Shown: positions 25,143-38,100 of the stretch, in pieces
Layout of the letters: each line of letters begins with the position of its first letter
How positions within the stretch are numbered: the first letter of the stretch is position 1
From: Macrostomum lignano
Taxonomy: Eukaryota
Direction of reading: 5' to 3'
Length of the DNA stretch: 64,000 bases
Assembly (NCBI GenBank): GCA_002269645.1
Contig: NIVC01002134.1
Span: 96,513 to 160,512 of the forward strand
Notes under the pieces: model-generated
Seen by the model: only the letters and a program-made list of their open reading frames with translations
Databases searched by the model: none
What the model was told of the DNA's origin: nothing
Position numbers and translations under genes: made by a program

Positions 25143-26143
25143 CCCAGACATGGTACTAAATTCAACTCAAATATCATTACTCAATTCTTTCTAATTCGCC
25201 GCCCGTCCACAGGAAGAAAATTATGCGACTTTAATAATTTATTTTGTTATAATTGAGACTTTATTAAAAGCTTCTCTGTTTTCCTTACGCTGCTTCCTGT
25301 TGTGCTTATAATTGCCTAGTTTAATAAATATTATCTGTTAAGTTGAATGTCGTACATTTTCTTTGTTTCAAATCTATGTAGGTTAATTTTTAGCGTAGTT
25401 TAATATTAACTTAGTGTTTTATTTTCAAAAAAATGTTAATTAGTTGAAACTCCGTCCATAATAACTGTGCGCAAGTGCCTTGATTGACATTGTATTGGTG
25501 GTATTCTCCTCATGCATGTGAGTTGGGAAATAAATTAATATGAAGCATTGGAGAGGCCACCGATATACTCTCGTATTATTGTGCTCCAGTTGTGTAGTCA
25601 TAAATGATCCCCTTGGAACCTGTTATTGTTTTGAATTTAGATTATTTGTAAGGGTTTTAAGGATTCGCCACAGATAAAGATGATTTTATTTAATGTTATA
25701 GCCACAATCTGGTAAATTATTCGAAAAAGACCCTTTTTATCTTCTAGTCCAGATGCTGTTTCTAGAACTCCACGGCTGGCTAACTGAAACACGTGGCTAT
25801 ACTTTGCACTTTTCAGAGTTAAGAAATCTCGCAAAGTTTGCTGTTGCTGATACCTAACCTTGGTGTGTTTGCTCAAGCGAAAGATGAATATAGTTTAAAG
25901 CGCAGGTACAGAAGCATAAACCAGCTATCGAAAGTTTCTTTTTTATCTTATCTATTACTTCGCAATGGCTTGAATGCCGATTGCCGAGGTTTCTCTGTGC
26001 CATGGTCGCCGTATCAGGGAAAGTTCTTGAAAGAAACTAGTTATAAAGGCACTTTAGATTCAGCAGGCTACTTTGCTTAAGAGACAGTGGTAAAGGTCAA
26101 GACGAACCTTTCAAACCGCAACGCTACGTAGGCCACGGAAACA

Positions 26144-29100
26144 ATGGGAGTCTTGCAATGGATGCACGCAATCTCTGTGCTGTTGGCGTTGGGTACCGCG
26201 CATCCAGCTGCTGCGGATATCTGCACCATCACTACAGGTTCCGGTGAGCATATGGAGTCATTAGCGGTTGACAGAAAAACCTGCTAAATAACTATTTGTC
26301 ACTATAAGGATTCCATCGTAATATAGCTTGTACTGTAACCGACTATTGATGTAGAAAATGCAAGATAATCAGATAAAAATACTACTAGCTGGGAGAATAG
26401 TTAAATTTACAGGCGGAAACTATAAAGGCACTACATGTAAGACAGCTCAACATGATGATAGACTAGCAACTTGACGATTAGAAAAGCGCAAAGATACTAA
26501 GACAGAATTGACACTAAGACACTCGGACACTAAGACCCAGGAAACTAAAACATTAAGAAACTAGAACAGATAGACGCTAGAACAGATAGACTCTAGGACA
26601 GATAGACACTGGACAGATAGACACTAGGACAGTTAGACACTAGGACAGATAGACGCGCGTCGCTTTTTCAATCTCCTACTGAAAAATCCAGAATACTAGT
26701 ACACTGAGACAAAGTTATGCTATGCACAGACAGACAAAGTGACTGACAGCCAGCAAAATAGAATAGAATAGAATAGAAGAAATATAAATAAACATAAATA
26801 AGAAATATAAATAGAATAGAATAAAATAGCCAGTATCCCGCTGTCATGCCTCCCCGAAAAAAATTTACAACCGCGTGCAGAGAAGCTGCCATCGGCTCCG
26901 AAGCGATTCCACATCACCATGGCAACAGTGAGCCAACCGGGAGACTTCGTCGGGCACGCATCGCTGATGGTCGATGAAGAGATGGGCCGAGCCGCCGTTA
27001 ATGCCGAGAATTTTTTTAGTAACGACGAAGAGTTCAAAGTTATTTACGATATGGCAAGCGATCAAGTAATGCTGATCGATCGGAAAGCTGACGAGTTTCA
27101 AATTGGTAGGTTTTCGAAATCTGTGGTCTTTTTTCTTCCTATATTAAGGGGAGAGCAGAGGCAGAGGGAGAGAGTAAGGCAGGACGCGGGTGAGGGAGAG
27201 GGAGAGAGAAGAAGGGAGGGAGAGAGGGAGAGGGTGAGAGGAGGAGGGAGAGAGTGAAAGGGAGAGAGGAGAAAGGAGAGAGAGAGGAGGAGGGAGAGAG
27301 GAGAATGGAGAGAGAGGAGGGAGAGGGAGTGGAGGAGGGAGAGAGGGAGAGAGGAGAAGGGAGGGAGAGAGGAGGAAGGAGAGAGAGAGGAGGAAGGAGA
27401 GAGAGGGAGAGAGGAGAAGGGAGGGAGAGAGGAGGAGGGAGAGAGGGAGAGAGGAGAAGGGAGGGAGAGAGGAGGAAGGAGAGAGAGAGGAGGAGGAAGG
27501 AGAGAGAGGGAGAGAGAAGAAGGGAGGGAGAGAGGAGGAGGGAGAAAGAAAGGAGGGAGAGAGAGAAAGGGAGAGGGAGATTGGAATTCCCGTTCTGAAA
27601 TTTCTTATTGCAATGCTCTTGTTCCAAGCTTTCCCCTTTAGGCTTACACAATTTGCACTGTTCCAGCACTCAGTTAAAGATACCGATAGCGTGACGCATC
27701 CACCATTTTATAAGCAAAGATATTTGGGTTTGTCGATTTAGGGTTAGAATTGGGGCTTTATCTTACGGTCAATAGTTAACTGCTTATTTTTAATAATTAA
27801 CTCATCGGCATTATGAGAGCCTTTAATAGGCAAGTATATATTTGAGTATTTTAATCAGGCCTATTAATATGGGCTCGTAAACGAACTCGGCATCCGGCTT
27901 ATCGTGTCATTTTCGCTCATGGGGACGAAACACCAGGATACAAATATAGGACTAATACAGAAATACAGGAATATGCAAAGTTCCATTATCATTAACCATG
28001 ATGAACAACTGAAATAGGAGGAGCAACTACACTCTAGTATGCTCTAGAGAACGCATTGCGTGGACGTCGCTGGCAGTTGGGTTTTTTTACATTACACCGA
28101 TAGATAATGACGTCATGCGTGGGCTGAACGTCGATATACCTTAGCGCCGTGTCTCTTGCTCCTTCAATCTGTGCATGATTAGGTTAGTCTACGACCAGAA
28201 CTCTTAGGACCCTTGGGATACATGAAGATTGTTGCGTCAACAATTAGCTATGTCTTTATGCATGTAACGTAATGATAACGACTGCTACATGGAGCAGTCT
28301 CTTCGTGTGGCAAAATCCTATTTTCAGTTGTGTGGTTAATCCTCCCTCGGACAGCGACGTGGATGGATGTCGGGTTGTTAAACGGGCTAAACACCCCAGC
28401 AATACGACAAATATACGTTATTTACTGGCCGCCCACTGATTTCTAGGAAAATTGAGTTTAGCGTTCTTCCATTTAAGTTGTTCATCGCATGCACACACAC
28501 TAGATATCTCGCCGGGACGTGGGTATCGTCTACTAATTTGCGTCAGTACCAAACAAATCGGCGTCGAGCTTTCGACCGAGCATCTTCGAACCTGCAATTT
28601 CAGACAACTGTCAGCTCCAGACGTCTGGTAGCAGCAATTTTCAACTAATGGCCAAAATCAACAACAAAGGCGCAGACAGAATGGTTCCGAGTGGAAAGTT
28701 TCTGACGCCTCCGGAGGAGCTGAGAATTGATAAAGATTCAAATACGGTAAATTCTATAATTTAGTAAACATGATCTTGGGATCCATTGCCTGTCCATTAG
28801 AACACTATTCAACTAATTGTAGGAAATTAACGGAATTCAAACAACGCCATATCGAGCATGCTACAGCGATTCTCTAGCGACCGTCGAAGTAACTTGGTGG
28901 TATCCAATTGGTAAGTGAGCAACTTGTGAAAATCTCCTGCAGATGTAAAGATTTTCAAGCCAATTTATTTAACCATCGCATCAGGATCCGACTCTCCGAT
29001 TCAAATCAAAAGCATGTACCAGTTGAAGTCAGGTGGAAATGTCGTTACAACTACCTTCACGCCAACTCCAATGCGGAATCTGTCAGAGAAACACGACGCT

Positions 29101-32100
29101 ATGCGGCATCCGCTGATGGTAGGATAGATGTATTTTGTTGTCACTGATGCGTTTTATGTGCTAAATTGATAGATACGAGCGTAAATTTTAGTGCTGAAAA
29201 GTACGGCAGAGACTGGTACAGGGAGTATTTTGGATAATCCTAGTCGTTGCCACTGTCTCCTAGTGGTCGCCACTGTCTCCTAGTGGTCGCCACTGTCTCC
29301 TAGTGGTCGCCACTGTCCAAGAGGAGACAAAAGTTGAGCTCCTGTCATTTGTTGGGCTTGATTACCTCTTATTTAGTTTTTTTTGTTGGGGCGATTAAGG
29401 AGCGGGGATGTGGCTCACGATGTAGTATACTTATTCTCATAGTTGTCAAAGCGACTGTCAACTTAAGTTCCGGTATCGAGTCCAAGGTGAATCACCCAAT
29501 TCCGTATCCTCTGAACGCCCCATCCGGCAAGTTATCGATTGCTTCGGACTCCACTCCGGCCTCTAAGTTGACACTCCTTTGACATTTCCTTCAAAAAGAA
29601 TCCGAATTTTAACTTTTTCTCCCTTTACTTTGGAAAATATACAGGCTCCAAAAGGAGTATACTGCAAAGACATGGTCTCAAGCAAGAAAGCACCCGAGCC
29701 AAATAACCGATTCGGTTTTAGCGTTGAAGAGTTTGTCGGTAAGTTTACTAAGTTGCATTTGAACTACGAGCATACTTAAGATAGCTGCACTGCATTCGAC
29801 CATATGAAATTTCTGCAGTACACAGTCATATTACTTTGGGGCTGGTGCCTCAAGACGCATAGTGTACCGGTGTAAACGCCTGACCATTAGAAAGTCAGGA
29901 CTGCTGTATAACCTGTATGAACGACTGTACACTTGACTAGCAGGAGTGTCTGAAACTCCCCTGAGCTCCCCAAACTAACTTGCTAAAATTTCAACTGCTT
30001 AAGCTATAGCACTATGTGTTTTAATATAACACTACAACACTTCAACACTAAGTATGCTTCTATTGTCTATGGCAGTTGTTAATAATCAAATACAGTTCGA
30101 CAGCGCGAAGCTAAGAAGCCAGAGCGGCATTTCCTATCGATAGCTTCACACTTTCGTTCCACTGCAATTATCTGCTTTTTCATAGTTGTAGCACCCGCTA
30201 CAAAGTGGTAGCAGAGCGTGCGATAACACCATCTGGCTTACCTTACGATGCCCAGCAAACGCAGCAAGCGACAAACGGTGGCCAACACCACCGGCTCTAC
30301 GTCTACTACAGAGAGGGACACAGCCTCGACGGCCCAAGAGTCGATTAACCGTGGCACGGTCCGCCCACCACCATTCTACCGCAAAGCGCCCGATGTCTGG
30401 TTCCGCCAACTGGAATCTCAGTTTGTCTTGGCCCGCATCACCTGTCCAACGACAAAGTTTCATCACGCTCTGTCCGCACTGCCGGAAGACGTCGCCTGCG
30501 ACATTGCCGATGTAGAGGACGATTACGAAGCACTGAAGTCAGCTGTGACGGAACTACTCCGGGCCAACCGCCACCAGCGCATCGAAGAAGCGCTCGCTGC
30601 GGTCGAGCTCGGTGACCGCCGTCCTACACAGCTAGTTACGGACATTCGACGGCGCTTCTCCGAAGTTGGCCTGCAGGTCGACGACTCGATCGTCAAGTCC
30701 CGCCTGCTGTCCGCCCTTCCCGGCAACATCCGTTCAGCGCTCGTCGGCCACGAATCTGAAGCACTCGACAACTTCGCAAGGATCGCTGACAGCATGTTGG
30801 CAGTCGCCGGTCCCACGACACCATTCCACACAATCGCGCGAGCTACCGCTGCACCGTCAGCCCCTTCGCCAGGCAACGCCCGTGAGGCACGACCCCAGCG
30901 ACGCACCCGACAGTCAAGGCAGAAGGTCTGCAACGGCCACATCTACTACGGCGCAGAGGCTCGCACCTGCCGACCATGGTGCCAGTGGCCCGGACCAAAG
31001 CCACAACGCGTGCTCAAGAGCCGTCAGGCTACGCCGGCACAGTCGCGCGCCGCCAGTCCAACAAACGCGTAGGTCATGCGCCAGGGCCGAGCCATGACCT
31101 CAACGAGGCCGCTTCCTTGTTGTTACCCTGTAAATTGTTCGGAAAAACGGTTCGTTTTGTTGTGGACACCGGTGCTGAGCGCTCCCTGCTGCCTTTGGAC
31201 CTTGCACCTCGCCACCTGCTGGCACCCACGCAGGTCCGGCTACGCAGCGTCGATGGTCGCGAATTTAGTACTCTCGGTCAGTGCTCACTGTCTGTCGCAG
31301 TCCCAGAGCTACGCCGCCTGTTTCCCGCGAACTTCATCGTTGCTGATACACCGCCGATTCTGGGAGCCGACTTCCTGGCTAAGTTCGGTCTCCTAATTGA
31401 CATGCGGAACAGACGTCTGCATGACCCGACTACTCAACTTCATGCAGCTCTTCAAGCAATAGCAGACTCAGCCCCACAGGTGCTAGCAACATCGGAGTGT
31501 TAGCGACACCCCTCGATGCTTTCCCGCAGCTAGCAGAAGCCCCAGACTATTCGTCCGCACCTTCGTCTAGCACAGTCAGCCACCAGATAATTACCGACAG
31601 CAAGCCGCTATTCTGCCGACCTCGTCCACTCCCTCCAGCCAAGTTCGATGCAGCGAAGGCGGAGTTTGACAAACTGCTGCAGCTCGGCATCGTGCGACCT
31701 TCCGCCAGTCCATGGGCGTCCCCTCTTCACATGGTGAAGAAGAAGGACGGCTCGTGGCGTCCCTGCGGCGACTACCGCGCACTCAACGCAGTAACCAAGC
31801 CAGATCGCTACCCGATACCCCACATCGGACACTTTCACCATCGACTCCACGGGTCACGGGTTTTCAGTAAGCTTGACCTTGTCAAAGCTTACCACTTCGT
31901 ACCCATTGCGGCGGAGGACATAGAGAAGACTGCAGTTTGCACGCCATTCGGTTCGTTTGAGTATCTGCGCATGCCATTCGGACTACGCAACGCAGCCAGT
32001 ACCTTTCAACGGTTCGTCGACGCGATTTTCCGCGACATGCCATTCGTGGTCACCTACATTGACGATATTCTGATCCACAGCACCTGCCGCGAGGAGCACG

Positions 32101-35100
32101 AGGCACATCTACATGCCGTACTGCAACGCCTGTGCGACAACGGACTGCGTGTAAGCCCTCACAAATGCCAATTCTATCAGGATACAATCGAGTTCCTGGG
32201 CCATCAGATTTCTGGAGACGGGATCCGACCGCTGCCCGATCGAGTCGATGCCCTACGTGCTCTTCCTCCACCCAAGGACAGCAGGGAGTTGCAGCGATAT
32301 CTCGGCATGTTCGGCTTTTACCAACGCCACATTCAGCACTACGCACAGCTGCTACTCCCGCTGCGACAACTTTTCCACGGCACCTTCAGTTGGCTCCCAG
32401 AACATGACCAGGCATGGCGGGCGCTGCAAGACGCGCTCGCTGACGCGGTCACTCTCGCTTTTCCGCATCCGGAGGCCAACTTCACAGTAACAACGGATGC
32501 CAGTGCCATGGCGATCGGTGCCTGTCTGCACCAGGTCGTAGACGGCGAGTCTACGCCTCTCGCGTTTCTGTCCAGAAAGCTTTCCGACACCGAAACTAAA
32601 TACAGCACCTTCGACCGGGAGCTACTTGCTATCTTCGCCGCCATCAAGGCATGGAAGCACCTGCTGCAAGGCCAGACAGTGACGGTATTCTGTGACCACA
32701 AGCCAATTATCGGAGCCTTCGCAAGCAGCAAGGAACGCTTCTCGGACAGACAGCAGCGCCAGATGTCAGCAATCTCAGAGATTGTCACAGACGTGGTTCA
32801 CATCGCCGGTAAAGACAACGTCGTTGCTGATGCGCTGTCCCGTCCCTCGAAAGACGCTGTCAACATCGCAACATCAGAAGTTCTGGTCGCGGCCGCTCAT
32901 GAGATAGCCCCAACGGACGAAGACACTCAAATGTTGCCCAGTTTTGACCTGCCCGCAATTGCACGCGCTCAACAGCTGGATTCAACGTTGCCATCGCAAT
33001 CCAGCACTTTCAAGTTGTTCGACATCGGACTGACTGACTGTAAACTGCTCTGCGAAACGTCATACCCCAATCCGCGACCAGTCGTTCCACCAGACTTGCG
33101 AAAACACATCTTCACATCGATTCATTCATTGGCCCATCCTGGTGTCAAGGCGAGCTGTCGATTGATCACCCATCGCTACTTCTGGCCGGAGATCTCTCGC
33201 GATGTGCGCCGTTGGACGGAGGAATGCCTACAATGCCAAGCCAACAAAGTAACTCAGCATGTACACCGACCATTACACCAGTTACCGACTCCCTCTCAGC
33301 GATTCGCGACGGTACACATGGATATTGTCGGACCACTAACACCACCAGAGGCTAACGGTCAACTACAGCCACGTTATCTACTGACAGTCATCGACGCCTA
33401 CACCCGATGGTTGGAGGCCATTCCGCTGATAGACATCTCTGCCGCATCTGTAGCTCAAGGATTCCTCAGCGCCTGGGTGTCACGCTTTGGCCCACCCCTG
33501 ACGCTCATTACGGACCAGGGTGCCCAATTCCGTGAAGAGCTCATGGAAGAGTTTACTAAGCTGTTCGGCATCCATCACATAAGAACCTCAGCGTATAACC
33601 CCCGAGCCAATGGTCTAGTGGAGCGAGCACATCGCTCTCTGAAGGCTGCTCTTCGTGCGCGAGGTCGCTGTTGGTTACAACAACTGCCGATTGTCCTACT
33701 CGGACTACGAATTCAACCTAATGATGCCGGCCACTGCCCATTCTCCGGTGTAACAGGCGAGCAACCGATCGTACCACCGGTAGTCACAGAGGATGCCAGC
33801 CTGAGCCAACTATCCAATCGTCTTCACAATCTGTTCTACCCCTACCGTCTGCCACGCACGCGCGCAACACCGGTGCACCTTCCGGACAACCTACAGAGCT
33901 GCAGCCACGTCTGGCTCCGGCTCGACCGTGTCCGTAAGCCGTTGGAAGCACCTTACCAAGGTCCATTTCCTGTTCTGCACCGTTCACCGCTCACCTTTAC
34001 ACTCGACATCCGCGGGACACCTACGAGCGTTGCAATCGACCGCGTTAAACCAGCACGGTTGCCCACTCCCCAGCGCGATGAGCCTACCAAGACCTCCGAT
34101 ACGGATGAGCCCATCCGAGCAAGGTTGAGACCCCGCCGTGTCACTTTTGCGTGAACTTTGTGTGGTTTGTGCCCCTATGGACACTAAGAACATGTTCTTG
34201 TTTGTGCATGATGCTGTTTTCATGATGTTACTGTACCGAACCGATGCACATATAGTTATCTTCCTTTTGGGAGGGGGGGGTAGTTATAGCACTATGTGTT
34301 TTAATATAACACTTCAACACTAAGTATGCTTCTATTGTCTATGGCAGTTGTTAATAATCAAATACAGTTCGACAGCGCGAAGCTAAGAAGCCAGAGCGGC
34401 ATTTCCTATCGATAGCTTCACACTTTTGTTCCACTGCAATTATCTGCTTTTTCATAGTTGTAGCACCCGCTACAAAGTATTTGTCAGCGTCCTTTAACCC
34501 TATATACCCGACCTCACAACATCGCAGGTCTGTCAAGCGGTACACCCTCCCAATCGAGCAGCCCTACAACATGCACGAGTCGTACGATCAGCAGGCTAAC
34601 ATCACCATGATGGAGGGCGACGCGACACTGTTCTTTGCCACAGACAAAGGAAAATACGGGACTGGCCGATTGGCAAAGATTAACGACTTCTCGCGCGTAA
34701 GATCTGCAGGATGAACTACGATTTTCTGTAGAAGAGCTTCCATAAGAATCTTTGCGCGGAATCTTTGTCGGAATGTCGCAAGAATGGGCCACTCGCTATC
34801 TGTGACTGTGTATTTCATTCACAGAGAGGTGAAACTAGCTCGTGGCGATAGACATTCAAGACGGTCAACAAGCGTTACTCATTCGTAGAATTAAAAAACT
34901 CAGATTGGTTTATTAGAAGCAGAAGGCTGTGTGCACCCTGGCGCACTTTAAGCGACATTGTCACACAACCGGCGAGAGGCATTACTGCCTATTCGGCCGA
35001 CTCCCCTGAGCAGGCACACAAGCGCGCGATACGTACGCAGTCGTACGCACAGGCACAAACTCACACAGGAGTGTACAGCGGCCCTAACTTTATTTATCGT

Positions 35101-38100
35101 TTGGCATGTACACTTCACTGTGCCTTGGGGGGGGGAGCAAATTAATGCAACTGCACTTGGAATCGAGCCTGGGTCGCTGGCACACAAGAGCGCCGCACTA
35201 GACCAGTACTATGCTACGGCCCCTCCAGAATGATTCAGTGATGTTGTAAAGGAAATGTTCTGTTTTACATTACTGTTAGGGTATATTGATTGTGAATAAC
35301 AGTAGAATTTGCAAAGACACGCCAAGATATTTCGGTTTTGACCATAGACATAAACTCGGAACCAATGAAAGCCTATAGTTTGCTAGGCACTACACATTTT
35401 GACATGTACACGAGACTGTCTATCTGAGTGAAATTTAACAATATTACTCATCCGCATCGCTACTTCAACCTTTCAGGCATATCCTACATCAAGAATATGC
35501 ACTATGGAAATTGTTCATTTGACAAGATCCCGGAGGACAGCTGGGATGCGACTATCACACCGGGTGGTGCCAGATTGAAATCACCAGCGGAATTCTACTT
35601 TCGCCAGTTTGAACGAATTGCAGTACAAAGGCAGCGTAAGTGTCTTTTAGTTGCCGTTGATACAACGAATTTTCCACGATCGAAAACCAAGCCATGCAAA
35701 AACCTTCAACACTACTTCTAAGGCTTCTGGTTTAAAATGAAAAGCACAAATCTGTATTTAAGTTAGCTAGTAGATTTGAAGTAGAGAATAAATACAGTAG
35801 ATTAGAAGTTCTATCACATTTATTAGAAGGTAGAAACATTAGATTAGATAGTGGAAACCTTTGATTAAATAGTGGAAAACTTAGATTATAGTGGAAACCT
35901 GAGATTATATAGTGAAAACCATAGATTAGATAGTGGAAAACTTAGACTGGATAGTGGAAACCTGAGATTATATAGTGAAAACCATAGAGTAGATAGGGAA
36001 AACAATGAGTAGATGGTGGAAACCATTGATTTGATCGTCGGTAACCAATAATTAGATTAGAGGATATAAACTTTAGTTTAGAACCTATTTTAAAGTGAAG
36101 CTTATACTTGTAGATTGTTAAATAGGAAAAAATAAAGGCCATAAAATAAATGCCGTTCAGGTCAATTATTATTAAAAAAAGTTGCTAAAAATATTATTAC
36201 AGGGTATTTATCGCGACACGGATGTTGATGTTTTCATTGGCTACAAGGATAACTACGTAGACATTGGCGACGGCAAGAAATACCCAGTGACTGTGGAATA
36301 CTATCTTCAGATTGTAAGCTTAACCTTGGTTTTTGATGTTTTTATTTCGATATTATTACATACTACGAGTACTTACTAGCTCGAATCAATGGAGTTTCTT
36401 CGTTACAGAAGACAACAAGCGACATGGACGGCAACCCGAAGTACGAAGCGGTTCCAAGAGGCATTTACTCAGCTGTAGCTCAACCGGTAAACATTTTTAA
36501 CTAAAAGATTAGGCTTACTTTACAGTACTTATAACAGTAGTAAAGCCACTAAAGCCACTACCAACTCTTGGGGCAGAAAAGCTTTAGCACCCACGAAGGG
36601 GGCTCTAGGAGGCCAACCCCCAAGGCACAGACTTTATAAAGCCGGAAAATACTAACCACAACAGCAAAAGATCAGATGAAAATAGCAAATCACTTTCTTA
36701 AAAAGTTTTATAATACGCTCGTAGCAAACAAGACTACGATGTCTAAGATGCTTCTTAGCCATGGTCAGTTCGCTCAAAATGTAACCGACATTCTTCTGTC
36801 GTTCGTTGGCATTGCGACCGAGACTGCCAGTGTACGTAACTCGTTGATGGCGTGCATAATTGTCACTTGTTTGCGCACTTTATAAACTGCACGAGGAAGC
36901 CGTGCGTTTCACAGCCAGGAGGCCAACTCCCAAGACACAGAGAGTGTACATGTCTGACGATTTGAAGTCAAAGCCGCTGTACACTGTGTGAGCGTTTGCA
37001 CGAGTGCTTGTCAGAGAGTCCCCAGAGTTCGCCGAAGGCGTTCCCGCCATCTATTACTATTAGTATTATTATTAACCTCAAACTGCAGCTTCGCATCTAC
37101 ACAATGACGGACGTCTTTGACTACAACACTAAGCTGCCTCGAGTTTACGAGCACGACATCTCAGACTGTTTCAGCAGCACCGATGAGCAGCATTTTGAGC
37201 TGATTCTGACGACTTGTGAGTGAAAAGATGAATTGAAAATATGTTGAGCCCCTGACAGTCCAATAAATTTGCAATCATTTTTAGCCGGGATCAGTGACGA
37301 ATCGCACATGAAATATCTGAAGAGTCATCTCAACGAGTTTTTCTACTCACTCGTGGCCGGCATCTCCAAGGCGATTAATATCTCGCCGTTGAGAGTTCTG
37401 GAGCCTAAGGTTAGTTACAATTTTATTTGAAATCACTTAACTTGTGTTCTATTCACTTAGAACCAGTCAAAGTCATACCTCATAGTTCAAAATAGAACGA
37501 AGCAACGTCATCGTAATTCAGTACCGCTACTCATATTGACAACAGTAGTGTAGCCAGGGTCTTTCACTTTGGTTTGCGGCTTTAGAACCAGGGGCTTTAG
37601 CACCAGGGGCTTTAGCACCAGGGGCTTTAGCACCAGGGCTTTAGCACCAGGGGCTTTAGCACCGCGGCTTTAGCACCAGGGCTTTAGCACCAGGGGCTTT
37701 AGCACCAGCGGCTTTAGCACCAGGGGCTTTAGCACCAGGGGCTTTAGCACCAGGAGCTTTAGCACCAGGGGCTTTAGCACCAGGGGCTTTAGCACCAGGA
37801 GCTTTAGCACCAGTGGCTTTAGCACCAGCGGCTTTAGCACCAGGGGCTTTAGCACCAGGGGCTTTAGCACCAGGAGCTTTAGCACCAGGGGCTTTAGCAC
37901 CAGGGGCTTTAGCACCAGGAGCTTTAGCACCAGTGGCTTTAGCACCAGCGGCTTTAGCACCAGTGGCTTTAGCACCAGCGGCTTTAGCACCAGGGGCTTT
38001 AGCACCAGCGGCTTTAGCACCAGGGGCTTTAGCACCAGGGGCGTTAGCACCAGGGGCGCAGTCACCAACCAGACATTGTTTAACCGGTGCCCTTAGCCAT

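Larger units (their letters stand above)
30005..34474 (+). mobile_element. Full-length Ty3/Gypsy LTR retrotransposon (4470 bp); LTRs 30005-30202 and 34285-34474
   Basis: LTRs differ by one substitution and an 8-bp indel; PBS TGGTAGCAGAG at 30206 (matches the metazoan initiator tRNA-Met 3' end); PPT GGGAGGGGGGGG at about 34269-34280; near-perfect TSD aagc/aagt; domain order gag-PR-RT-RH-IN. Confidence 0.97.

Noticed and set aside
25637-26080. Short ORFs upstream of the membrane-protein gene
   Set aside because: No recognisable motif or splice support.
29440-29570. Minus-strand peptide [11 protein letters not shown] resembling a leucine-rich repeat
   Set aside because: Single short match followed by a stop; no supporting exons.
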